In this document: in pieces, positions 52,473 to 64,000 of the stretch
Layout of the letters: every line of letters begins with the position of its first letter
How positions within the stretch are numbered: position 1 is the stretch's first letter
NCBI GenBank assembly: GCA_965644265.1
Contig: OZ286469.1
Location: forward strand, 38,688,001-38,752,000
DNA: 64,000 nucleotides
Direction of reading: 5' to 3'
From: Glycera tridactyla
Lineage: Eukaryota
Position numbers and translations under genes: made by a program
The notes under the pieces: model-generated
The model's database searches: none
What the model was told of the DNA's origin: nothing
Seen by the model: the letters and a program-made list of their open reading frames with translations, nothing else

Positions 52473-53989
52473 CTGTCAAACATACAAAACAAAAAGCTAC
52501 TCAATACATTATTGGAGAAAACACTATGAAGATCAATGAGCTTTCTTCTGGGAAAGACCATCATGTAATCACCTTCAAAAACCAAAAATCTATATTAATC
52601 CAACTATGTGAAGAATTGTAAAACCAACTCAGACCATTTGTTCAGAAAAAAGGAAAAAAGTATTTTCATATTGCTAGAATCAATTATTCAATATCAACTG
52701 TTGTGTACTTTTTTCACAGACCTACTACTGTAACAGTCACTCATGAATCAACAGACTTTCACCAATCTACAAGAGAACTGAATAGTCAAGAACAGTTACA
52801 ATATGGAAGAAACAAGACAGACCACTTCATGTTATCAATAAGATAAAGATAAATGAAGTTTAATCAACTTCATCATAACTCATACATGTGAGCAATATTT
52901 GTATCTATCTTTGGTTAAACAAAAGTCTATGCCTGCCCATTCATCAATCTGTATCTGTTCAGGATTTCCTTTTGGCAGACATGATGGTAATTGGTAGCTC
53001 TCTCATACATGGAAGCATGAAATATAGCTAGATATGGTGATCTATATTCAAAATTTCACAATATAATTAAGTTCGTCATACCTAAGTATGAATACAATTT
53101 TGAAATCAAATCAAATCATGCACAGCCTTGATATAGCATTACATATAGATCACTATGGTGCAATTAACAGACAGATCACATCCTAAACCTGACCACATAT
53201 ACAAGGGAGGAGGGGATATGTTTTTGCACTGACACATTCATCTCACATGCTTTATGCAAGTACAGTAGAATCCACGACAAATGATACCTCATAAGTCTGT
53301 TTTGAATGACCATTTTGGAAGCCCCTTACCTATGGCATTATCATTGTAACTTCAATGGGAGATTTGTTTCTGCGACAATCTTTAATCATCTGGTTCACCA
53401 AATATACATATTTCATTGTATGTTTTGAGACGACATGAAATCCATGAATAACAGGGGTTACATATATTGAAGTGATTGTTGTAGCAGATGTAGAAAATGC
53501 CCTGTACAGGTCATTTAAGTCCTCAAAACAGTGAGGACAAAGACAAATAAAACAACAAGAACGAGGATGAGGATGAGAACAAGGAAAATGAGCCTGCCAC
53601 TGCTGTCAATGGTAATGACCTTAATGTGCATGACTTTTTTTTTTTACATGTGTGTGCCAGGTCCAATGAGTAGGAATATAATGGACCAGCAATAAGCGAG
53701 ATTAGCTTCATCACACGCACAACATGGTCTCTACGTGATGAAGCAGCAGCGCCATCTGTAATAACAAGCAGCTGATTCTGACATCGGCAGCTCTTGTAAA
53801 TGTCAACGGATCCAGGTTAGTTCACACCCTGTCTCCCTCATGATCAAAGACATCCGCTCTATTCTCCATACTTTCAACTGCTTTTCAAATAGTTTGAGTT
53901 TGAAAAATCTTTATTTAAGCTCCTGCCAGGTATGTCTGAAAGACTATGCTTACCCTCAGGAGCAAAAAATAAGCAACAGCCTCAAATTT

Positions 53990-54270
53990 AGTCACTGTCC
54001 CGAATCCTGGGGAGAGTGAATTTGGTTTCGGGAGAGTGAAAAGACCCAACTCACTCTCCCGATGGGGTAAATTTTACAGTTGATGATAAATTTACGAAAT
54101 TTTTGTGAAGACACAACACCTATTTCCTGCAAGATGCTTTTGCATATACCAGCACATGTTTGATTCTGAAGAACGAATCTGAGCAAAAAATGGGTTGGTA
54201 TTACTTAGATAGTCAGTCACATAAAGGATAAGTTGGAATTCACATGATGATGATGCATTCACTCACACAG
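53990..54270 (+). mobile_element. Repeat family H, left part
   Basis: Aligns by eye with 17140-17450. Confidence 0.6.
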
Positions 54271-54519
54271 ATGTCTCGCTCTCTAGTTTGAGCTTGTTTT
54301 CCTTGCACTTTATAAAAAGAATCTTATCACCATTGAATTCTATTCTCCAAATTAGTGACAGTAACACCAACTTCCGCCCAGAATTACACGAAGATGTTTT
54401 TTCTTCGGTATTTGTTGTCTGTAATGATGTGATCTTGCTGATACTGCACGAAAAATCATTTCTACCAACTCTTCCAATGATATGTGCTGATGATTGAACT
54501 AAGAGTTGCTTCATCGAAT

Positions 54520-55335
54520 CAGAAAAACTAACTACATCATCATGATCTCAAGCCAGGTTCCCAAGTGTGAGTGAGAACTTATTGAAGACCTGCATTGATA
54601 GATATGGTATGATAATAACATACAATGATGTGATCGTCATGTTTTCATGTCAGGTGCTCAACTGCCGGGTGAAATCCTACTGACCTGCTTCTTTGAAGGG
54701 ATATATGGCATCAATATTACAGAATGATTAAATCACTATGGTCTCATGCAAGATGCGAAACTCTGTGTGGAACCCTCTCGACGTGCTGCTTCCACAGATA
54801 TGGTAAGTCAATATCATGAGTGAGATCCTACTGAAAATCTTTTTTTAAGGCAAGTCAATAATGCACGATAAATGGATCATCATCTTCTCGTGCGAGATGC
54901 TATAAGAGATCTGGTGAGTCAATAATACATATTGATGGGATCATCATGGTATCATGTAAGATGCCCATCTCTTGAGTGTGATCTTAGTGAAATGCGACTA
55001 CAAGGGATATGGTGAATCAATAATATCATCATGATCTCATGCCATGACCACATCAGTGACAGAGATACTATTGAACTGTTGCTTTGAAGGATATGATACA
55101 TCAATGCCCAATAAAATTGAACTGTTGCTTTGAAGTATATGATACATCAATAACACAATGAAGAGATCATAATGGACTCATGCAAGGTGCACAACTATGA
55201 ATGAAATCTTATTTAAGTGCTGATTTATCAGATATGAATCAATAATACAGCATGATTAGATCATGACAGTCTCAAATCAGGTGCCAAACTCTGAAGCGCT
55301 ACTCTAAAGAAAAATGCAAGTCAATGAAATGCAAT
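54520..55335. repeat. Ancient degenerate ~100-bp tandem array
   Basis: Recurrent gatatgg..a.tcaataat...gatcatcatgg.ctcatg.aagatgc...gtga.atcctactga motifs. Confidence 0.6.
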
Positions 55336-55337
55336 AC

Positions 55338-56185
55338 TGAAAACCTCATGTCCACACGATGAAAACCTCATGTCCACATGATGAAAACCGTACATCCTCA
55401 CGATGAAAACCTTATGTCCTCACGATGAAAACCTAATGTCCTCATGATGAAAACCGTATGTCCTCATGATGAAAACCTCATCTCCTCATGATGAAAACAT
55501 TATGTCTTCATGATGAAAACTTTATGTCTTCATGATGAAACCCTAATGTCCTCATGATGAAAACCTTATGTCCTCATGATGAAAACCTCATCTCCTCATG
55601 ATGAAACCCTTACATCCTCATGATGAAAACCTGATATCTTCATGATGAAAACCTTCTGTCCTCATGATGAAAACCTCATGTCTTCATGATGAAAACCTTC
55701 TGTCCTCATGATGTAAACCTCATCTCCTCATGATGAAAACCTCATGTCCACATGATGAAAACCTTATGTCCTCATGATGAAAACCTCATGTCCTCATGAT
55801 GAAAACCTCATGTCTTTATGATGAAAACCTTCTGTCCTCATGATGAAAACCTAATGTCCTCATGATGAAAACCTTATGTCTTCATGATGAAAACCTAATG
55901 TCCTCATGATGAAAACCTTATGTCCTCATGATGAAAATCTTACGTCCTCATGATGAAAACCTCATATCTTCATGATGAAAAACCTTATGTCCTTATGATG
56001 AAAACCTTATGTCCTCATGATGAAAACCTCATGTCCTCATGATGAAAATCTTACGTCCTCATGATGAAAACCTCATATCTTCATGATGAAAAACCTTATG
56101 TCCTTATGATGAAAACCTTATGTCCTCATGATGAAAACCTTATGTCTTCATGATGAAAACCTTATGTCCTCATGATAAAATTATA
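55338..56185. repeat. 22-bp minisatellite, ~38 copies
   Basis: Unit atgatgaaaaccttatgtcctc. Confidence 0.97.
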
Positions 56186-58389
56186 TGTCCCCATGTCAGG
56201 TAAGCAATTGTGAGTGACATCCTATTGAAGTTCTAGGTCAACAGATATGTTGTTGCAAATTCATCTCTTCTCTGTAAGTCAGTCCATAAATCAACCTGAG
56301 CCATCTGTGACGTAAGCATCTGCTAACATGAGAGGATAAGTACAGAGGAAAATGAAGAAATATGAGGCTACAAGTGTCGAGAGCTCATAGTACAAACTCA
56401 TTTGTGCCATCGACTGTCTTTTCATGACACGAAGCCGTCTCATCTTACTTATGCCGACAAAAACAACTACATGTAAGTGAAAGAAAAGCATCAAAAGCAT
56501 GGCAGAAAGAGCATGGCCCTTTGTCAGCAGACAGATTCCACTTAGTGATTGACCGTGACGGCTTTTGGTGATTTTTTTCAGGAGACGGACTCCACCGAAG
56601 ATGTCATGAAGCTGACAGCAGAAGAATATGATACAACCTCACAAAGTCACGGCCCATCAATCTTCTGAACAGTTGAGTGTTTCTCTGGCTTTCCAATCCT
56701 AAACTTCCTCATTTGTGCAGATATCGCATATCATTTTCAGCTAAGAACTATTCTTCCTGGACACTATTGTCTTGTATTGTGTGATCCTGTCTGGGCTGAA
56801 GAGACAGTGTCTAATCCAGAGGGGGCGTTGGGGCAAATGTCCTGACAGGATGCCCCTTTATTTCTGGATGGAGGGGCACATTTCACCCCTTCAGGAAGCC
56901 AAATCAATGCACTTTAAATGACATTGTTTATTCTGTTTCCTACAAGCTCATTTCTTCCATCTATTTGAAACATCATGACATTGCCTGGAAAAACCCCGCA
57001 CCCACCAAGAAAAACCCTTTTTCCCTGAAAACATCCCCTTTTTTTTGGGGGGGGGGGGGCATTTTCCCCTTGAATTAATGTATTAATTTTTTTTCAGAAC
57101 ACATATTCCATGTTCAATCTGCAGTGATCAGAATACCATCAATAATGCTTTCAAATTGTTTTTTCATTCGTGTTTTCTTCACATCAAATAATTATTTCGA
57201 CGAAGCACTCAGAATCAGGGCATGAAGAAGAGAAAATGGCATATCTTCTTCAGCCAACTGGCAAATTCTCTCAGCCAAATCAGAGATGATTATGCTGAAT
57301 TGCAAAGTGGCATGTTACCCTGCAGCTACTTGCGTTCCACCAACCAGCAATAGAAGAATAATTCTGATGAAAAATGCATTGTAGATGTCTATAAATGCAC
57401 AAACTGTGGCCCAGAAGTTAGCTTTCTCAGACTAAAGAATGTCAGCTTCTGTTGATATTTTGCTCACCAAACTGCTGATTTGTGAAGACATGGGCAACAA
57501 TGGTGATCCTTAGCCCTAGTCCTTAGAATTACTAAATGCTTCAATCGATGCTGGGCAGTGGGGATTCAATAAAATTCAGTCATTTCCTCAAGTGGACTGC
57601 AAAATGGGCTGAATAGTTGCAAGAACCAAGCATGATGGAGGCGAGAAGCCGGCTTGCACAAGTTAAATATTCACAGCCTTGTGCACCTGCCCGGTTTGTA
57701 AACCACTAGATTCTCTGTTTTTGTGGTGAGCCCCCTAGCAATAGCCTGCTGGTTTTTCAGGCTGACTTTATCAAACTTTCATACACACTCGTTCTAATTC
57801 AGGATGAATCTCCAGCTTCGATCAATGTTTCATCGTCCAGCCGGAAAATTGTATCAGTGAATACAGACAATCTGTGAGTGCATCCATGTCTGTTTTCATA
57901 TGTATNNNNNNNNNNNNNNNNNNNNNNNNNNNNNNNNNNNNNNNNNNNNNNNNNNNNNNNNNNNNNNNNNNNNNNNNNNNNNNNNNNNNNNNNNNNNNNN
58001 NNNNNNNNNNNNNNNNNNNNNNNNNNNNNNNNNNNNNNNNNNNAGAAATACAAACAAAGACAGATACCCAACAGACACACAGTCAGAAGAGACAAACGGA
58101 CAGATAGACAGACAGATATATTGACACATGTATACAAATGGCAGACATAGAAAAAGAAACAAGTACCAGACAGACAGACAGACAAATGGAGACAGCAAGA
58201 CACAAACAGAAGGAAAGAAACATGGATGAAGCGGTAGAGACAGACAAACAAAAAGAGAGACAGACAGACAGGCCGACTGACAGACACACCCTCACACATG
58301 GTCACACACGCAGAGGTGGACAAATACAGAGTGCTAGTCCTGCTGTCATGGATGAAGAGATGGGAGTCTGTCATCGAGCAATTGATGTA

Positions 58390-59174
58390 CCGTATATACT
58401 GGCGTATAAGTCGAGTTTTTTTCGCCAAAATCCGAGCCAAAAACAAGGGGGTCGACTTATATGCCCGATATGGAGGAAAATTAAGATTTTTCGAACCAAA
58501 CACGAGAGAGAATCCATGCTGACCAGCTGTTGACAACGATGTTTTTCTCGAACGATCGCGCTCAAAAATGGCCAGAATACACCCGGATGTCAATAAATCG
58601 TACCAAACACACGAATTGTTACTCTACTTGCATTTTCTATGATCGTTTTCAAGAAAATCTTGACGATTTCGCCATAAACGTGATGAAAACATGAGACAGA
58701 AGCAACAAATCGAGAAAGTTCCGCCATCTCTAGCAGGTCATAAGGTCAAGGCCGTATGCTAATCAGGTATTCTGGTTCCTGTTTTGGTATACATCCGGGG
58801 ATTCCAACTTCACGGCAATGGCGCCCAAATTGCTCTTAAGCATGCCAATCTTTTGTTTTTATCGCGAAATACACGAATATTCAGCGTTGATACGTGTTTT
58901 CAATGGCGGAAAGCTTCTAATCATGGATTAGACTCGTGAATTATCGATGTATGAAGGCGCGAACGACTTGACAAAAGCCAGGGTGAGGCGCAAATTGGCT
59001 TCTCTCACTGACTGATGTGTCGTTTCTCGTTGGTATTTTCGCCGATATCCATGATGTTCGAGCAAGATTATGGGGTCGACTTGTATACAAGAAATTGACT
59101 AAATCCCGACTTTTGGAGGCGAAATCGGGGGGTCGACTTATACGTCAAGTCGACTTATATGCCAGGATATACGG
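58390..59174. mobile_element. 785-bp Tc1/mariner-pogo-type non-autonomous element (CCGTA termini, TA TSD)
   Basis: TA|ccgtatatactggcgtataagtcga ... tcgacttatatgccaggatatacgg|TA; subterminal ggggtcgacttatat repeats; no transposase ORF. Confidence 0.85.
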
Positions 59175-59805
59175 TAAGAGTCGGGTAAATGCTTCCAGGT
59201 CTCGGTTCAGCTCTACATCACAAGAGGCACTCCATTCGCTGTGATTTAATCCCACTACTTTCTTCTTGTTACAACAACGACCTAATCTACAATTACTCGA
59301 ATGGCTCGGGGTGAGTATTTTACTACGGAAACAAATCAAAGTCCAACAGGGAGCATCGCTGACAAAAACTAGTAAAACATTACAAGGTATCCGATTGTCG
59401 TTGGGGCTGTTCTTTGCCTGTCATCATATCTTTATCTCAGCTGCCACAGCCGCTCAACCCTTCAATACAAGGCATGCCAATCCATGCCATCCACCTGGTG
59501 AATTTGAATTTGAATTTGGATTTCTTCATTTTACATCGTCATTACAAATACATCTTGAACATAAGATACATCATCTTGAACATGAGATACATCTCTAGGA
59601 TGATGATAATACATCTCCAGGATGACGATAGAGTGCCAGTGCATGCCAAAATGAGTCATGACATGATGATTTCCATGCAGACGGTGATGTTTCCCATATG
59701 TGGTGGAAAGTTCTTCATAACACTGGTACATGGTTGCTTTTTTTTTGCAGGATGTGACACAGGTAGTGACACATAAAGTAATGGGTTAAAAGCCCTGCTG
59801 CTGAG

Positions 59806-60059
59806 TAGTGCTGCTACGATTACCAGATTATATCAATTATTGCATCGTTGAGAGGTGCGATTCGATTAATCGATCATGCAAGTTGACAATCGATTAAAGT
59901 ATTGCTTCCAAATTTCGGTACAAAGCTATGATTTCGCTGCAAATTTTCGGTATTTTTAGGCCAGCCAGGGGATTCTGAACTCCAATTATTTAATCAAAAA
60001 TTACTCGCTGGCGAGTCCGATTAATCGATCATAACTTTTGCAACGGAGTCCGAGCACTA
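59806..60059. mobile_element. hAT-type MITE with 8-bp TSD
   Basis: tagtgct...agcacta termini, internal cgattaatcgat repeats, exact TSD CTGCTGAG (59798-59805 and 60060-60067). Confidence 0.85.
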
Positions 60060-62215
60060 CTGCTGAGTCACCAACTTTGGACTACTCGACATGGCAATCA
60101 ATCAGAAAATGGCAGAAAATTGCAACCAATCGAGTAGATGAATCTCCTATGTGGATCAAGCTTCACTGCTTGACAACAAACATTTCTCATCAATAAAAGT
60201 GAGCTAAAAAAAATGCCAAATGCATTTGGGGATTTCAGAGCCTGTGGCTGTGTAGCAGCACAATTTCTTCTGTTATAAATGTCCTAATATTAGGTATGTT
60301 TGAGATTTGGTGAATGCCATGTTGAATACCTGCATTGCAGACTCATATAGCTTTCTCTATGACACTGTTTTTCACATCAATGAAAATGACACACCCTTAA
60401 TTCAAAGTATCCAACTTTCCAAGACAAATCTAGACCTCCCCAGGCCCAAAATGGTGAGAATGAGGGCTCTTTATTGGCAAAAGTATTTAGGAGTTGGCTC
60501 GACCTTTCGGTATCAAGTTCCGGCCATTGGCAGGCAGTAACTCCACAAATTATAGTCTGATTTTTTATGACCTAGAGAAAATATTCAGGACAAAGTAGCC
60601 CTTACAAAACATTTATGACTGTCTACATTCACCCAAAAACATTGGAATCAAAAAAAAAAACATCAACGTAATTGGTGGATTTTTTGTCAGTCATTCCTGA
60701 CTTGGGCATGTACAGGTAGGAGGCGAATGTTGCAATCAAGCACAATCGCTTTGCAAGCCATGGCGACATCGGTTAGTTTTCCAGCTTGGAATAGAAGGGT
60801 CGAATTTCCTGGGGGAAATCATCTGCAGGAATGTCACCTTCAGATATTGATTGATTCGACCTGCTATGGCATGCGAGCAGCATATATCAAGTCAAGGTCA
60901 AATCTCAAGGTCAGCTCATGCGCCAAGGCGGCTATCACATACATATATGTCTATGTAATATTCAAGCTATCATCAAGGGGGCACAGAGAGCACATTTCAC
61001 CAAAGTTAGGAGAACCCAACGCATTCCCCATTGCTATACTCTTGCAGAGGTTTGCTTGATTCTAGCAACATTCAATCTTCAGTGAAAATGGCGTCACTTC
61101 TCGGGAACTCACTACCTCTTGAGAAATAAGACATCTTGGGTATTGCTCATAAATTCCCGATCCGACTTTATTAGGAATTATTCATTCACATGGTGCCAGC
61201 GGTATTAACTTGGAAAGTGAGCACTTCTCAATGATCAAAGCACTATTATTGCAGATGAGAGTGGCTTTGAAACTGAATGATATGAGCCAACTCTCGCCTT
61301 TAATTCAGAGATTATCAACATAACCCTTCACTGCATAGAATGCTGGAGCATAGCATTCACTGAACATATTGAGAGAAACATGGTAAACATGATAAGCATG
61401 GTGCAGCCACCACGCCCATTTTGTGTACGTCATTCAGTAACATCTCATTTAAACAAATGTTGAACATATTCATTGGTGCATTTTCTCCGTATGTATGGCA
61501 ATAATTTTCATCTGCATAGGTATGCATATCATAATAAGCCAATGTACGTGGTAACACGAGTCAGACAAAGCATATTCTATTAGGAAAACTATAATTCATG
61601 CCATCCTTGTTTGCACACAGACATTAACCTATGAATATTACATGAGTTTGAGTAAGGCATACTCGATGCTAATGACGTTCTCACATTTGTTTCTCATGAT
61701 GGATGAGTTGTCGCTTGCACTGGTACGCCAGAGCGGCAAAGTTTGATTTAATCTAGAGGACGCCCGATTTGATTATAACTGATACTAAAATTCAAGTCCA
61801 ATCCTGGCAGCTACATTTTTCGCGCTATGTCCGCTGTTTCTCATCTGACCATCATTTAATTGAAATCACTGACCTTGACAAAATTCATGGCCATTGACAC
61901 TATTTTCAAAGAGTTTGCATACTTCGATAGACAAATCTTTATTTTCATTTTTTTAATCAGTCAGCTGGATGACAGGGTATATTCAGAAGTACACATAATG
62001 AGTCAGGCACTCAGACAGGGGTCAGGCAAAGAGCTTGTATAGGGTTCTTATCCACTATCTAGGCTCTTTGAGTCAGGTTCCCCGCTGCTACCTGCATTTG
62101 ATTTCAATCTGATGCCAGTCATCAAAGGAAAAATACAAAATGTACTCACTAAATTCTGACTTACCAGACTTGATTTGCATGTTTTCTTGGTAATACTGTC
62201 TGTCTGTCTGTCTAA

Positions 62216-62396
62216 TACAGTGAAATCTGCGACGAGAGACCGCCCTAAATGTCGCCAAAAAGCGGTCTCTCAAAAGAGGTGGTCTCTCGTTTGAGGTATA
62301 TTTGACTATTTCAAATAGAAAAGCATCCATGGAAAAGTGGTCTCTCGTCGCAGGTGGTCTCTCGTCGGGGGGTCTCTTGTCACAGGTTTCACTGTA
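62216..62396. mobile_element. Family A MITE
   Basis: TAcagtgaaatctgcgacgagagacc ... ggtctcttgtcacaggtttcactgTA. Confidence 0.85.
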
Positions 62397-62491
62397 GACC
62401 AGACTCCATCGTCTCATAGATTTCCTCCTTTCGATACTAGAATTTTGATACCATAATTTCATACAGTGTATGTGAACTATAGTATTACAGT

Positions 62492-62701
62492 CAGGGCTCT
62501 ATGCTGCTACCTCTGGGTAGCCAATGGCCACAGAATTCACCCTCTGGATATGAAATTTCAAAGGTTAGGAGCCAGTCGCCCTTTTGAGAGTTTTGATTGG
62601 CAATTCATTGACTGGCTACCAATATTTTGGCTACTAGATATTTCAACTTTTTAGCCAGCCGACTCCTGGCTCCTAAATATTCTGGCCAACATAGAGCTCA
62701 G
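62492..62701. mobile_element. CAGGGCTC-type hAT-like MITE inserted in the TIR of a family A copy
   Basis: cagggctctatg ... catagagctcag, sitting between tacagt and cagtgaaaaatgtgatgtgagaccacc. Confidence 0.6.
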
Positions 62702-63060
62702 CAGTGAAAAATGTGATGTGAGACCACCTTTGACAGCAGACTGTTTCCAAAGGACAGTTGAAGAGGATATGATGGAATGCAATAGTCAGCAATGACCCAC
62801 ATTCTACGTGCGTGCTAATACCCTAGGGAAACAGTGCTCACAGCCTGGTTAGGTTGATGAGCAGATCACAACAGATCTGGGTCGACATGTGAAGATGTAG
62901 AGTGGAGAGGAGCCAGGGGGAGATCAAATCCCATGTACGAGCATAATGTATGGCTGTTTGATATCTTGTTTATGATTCATCATGAAGGAGTAGCCCGTCA
63001 CTCTCGGGGATCCATGCTCATCCATAAATCATCTCCTGGTGGGGCTCCTTTTCACTAACC

Positions 63061-64000
63061 AGCATCCATTCCAAATCGTCAGGCTAGGCCATTGCTTGGG
63101 TGGGTGACCATTGCAACACAGAGTAGGATCCGTTTTAATAGTCAGGCCTGGCTACTGCTTGGAGGGTGACCATTTCAAAAGAAAGTAGCATCTGTTTGAA
63201 TTGTCAGGCTAGGCCATTCTTGAGANNNNNNNNNNNNNNNNNNNNNNNNNNNNNNNNNNNNNNNNNNNNNNNNNNNNNNNNNNNNNNNNNNNNNNNNNNN
63301 NNNNNNNNNNNNNNNNNNNNNNNNNNNNNNNNNNNNNNNNNNNNNNNNNNNNNNNNNNNNNNNNNNNNNNNNNNNNNNNNNNNNNTTGTCAGGCTAGGCC
63401 ACTCTTGAGATNNNNNNNNNNNNNNNNNNNNNNNNNNNNNNNNNNNNNNNNNNNNNNNNNNNNNNNNNNNNNNNNNNNNNNNNNNNNNNNNNNNNNNNNN
63501 NNNNNNNNNNNNNNNNNNNNNNNNNNNNNNNNNNNNNNNNNNNNNNNNNNNNNNNNNNNNNNNNCATCTGTTTGAATCATCAGGCCATGCCACTCTTGGG
63601 ATAGGTGACCATTTCAAGACAAAGTTACATCCGTTTCAATTGTCAGACTAGGCCACTATTGGATAAGTGACCATACTTCAAAAGAGAGTAGCATCAGTTT
63701 GGATCATCAGGCCATGCCACTCTTGGGATAGGTGACCATTTCAAGACAAAGTTGCATCCGTTTCAATTGTCAGACTAGGCCACTGCTTTGATAAGTGAGC
63801 ATACTTCAAAAGAGAGTAGCATCAGTTTGGATCATCAGGCTAGGCCACTCTTGGGATAGGTGACAAAGTGGCATCCATTTCAATTGTCAGGCTAGGCCAC
63901 TCTGGGATGGGTGACCATTTGAAAAGAGTGTAGCATCCCTTTGAAATGCCAGGCTAGGCCACTGCTTGGGTGGGTGACCATTTCAAGACAGAGTAGCATC
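63061..64000. repeat. ~62-64-bp satellite/minisatellite with dimeric higher-order structure; runs off the window
   Basis: Unit agcatcc.tt..aattgtcaggctaggccact.cttgg..gggtgaccatttcaa.a.agagt; includes two N runs. Confidence 0.92.

Noticed and set aside
55338-56185. Repeated ATGATGA as snoRNA C boxes, or the array as a CRISPR
   Set aside because: No D boxes or guide structure, no unique spacers, and a eukaryotic context; it is a plain minisatellite.
56540-56670. Apparent plus-strand exon (tttttttcag|GAGACGGACTCC...)
   Set aside because: It sits between imperfect inverted repeats (attgaccgtgac / gtcacggcccatcaat), so a transposon remnant is more likely; no homology recognised.
3958-63564. N runs (3958-4086, 7145-7283, 11176-11312, 19995-20148, 32091-32261, 57906-58043, 63226-63385, 63412-63564) and ORFs spanning them
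   Set aside because: These are gaps or masks, mostly beside simple repeats; ORFs crossing them are artefacts of X codons.

Overview
AT-rich, repeat-dense eukaryotic genomic DNA from a protostome invertebrate (probably a lophotrochozoan; this is an inference), with eight short N runs. There are no prokaryotic features, no rRNA or tRNA gene and no CRISPR array. The only host coding sequence I recognise is the first coding exon of a complexin/synaphin gene on the minus strand (ATG at 52385, MAAFIAKQMMGDKLNSVK-G|gtacgt). I could not find its downstream E/K-rich exon, so most of the window left of 52330 is probably one very large complexin intron. That region contains: a 5'-truncated Penelope-like retroelement (GIY-YIG endonuclease, 15-bp TSD, hammerhead ribozyme core); many pogo/Tc1-like TA-flanked MITEs, several carrying nested insertions; hAT-like MITEs with 5-, 6- and 8-bp target duplications; two SINE-like families; Kolobok-like and Helentron-like non-autonomous repeats; and several minisatellites (22, 43, ~63, 75, 76, ~105 and ~116 bp units). 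Almost all ORFs in the supplied track are chance or repeat-derived. The most intriguing unexplained signal is a 43-bp array with eight perfect miR-124 8mer sites on the complexin-sense strand; this is speculative and may be chance.
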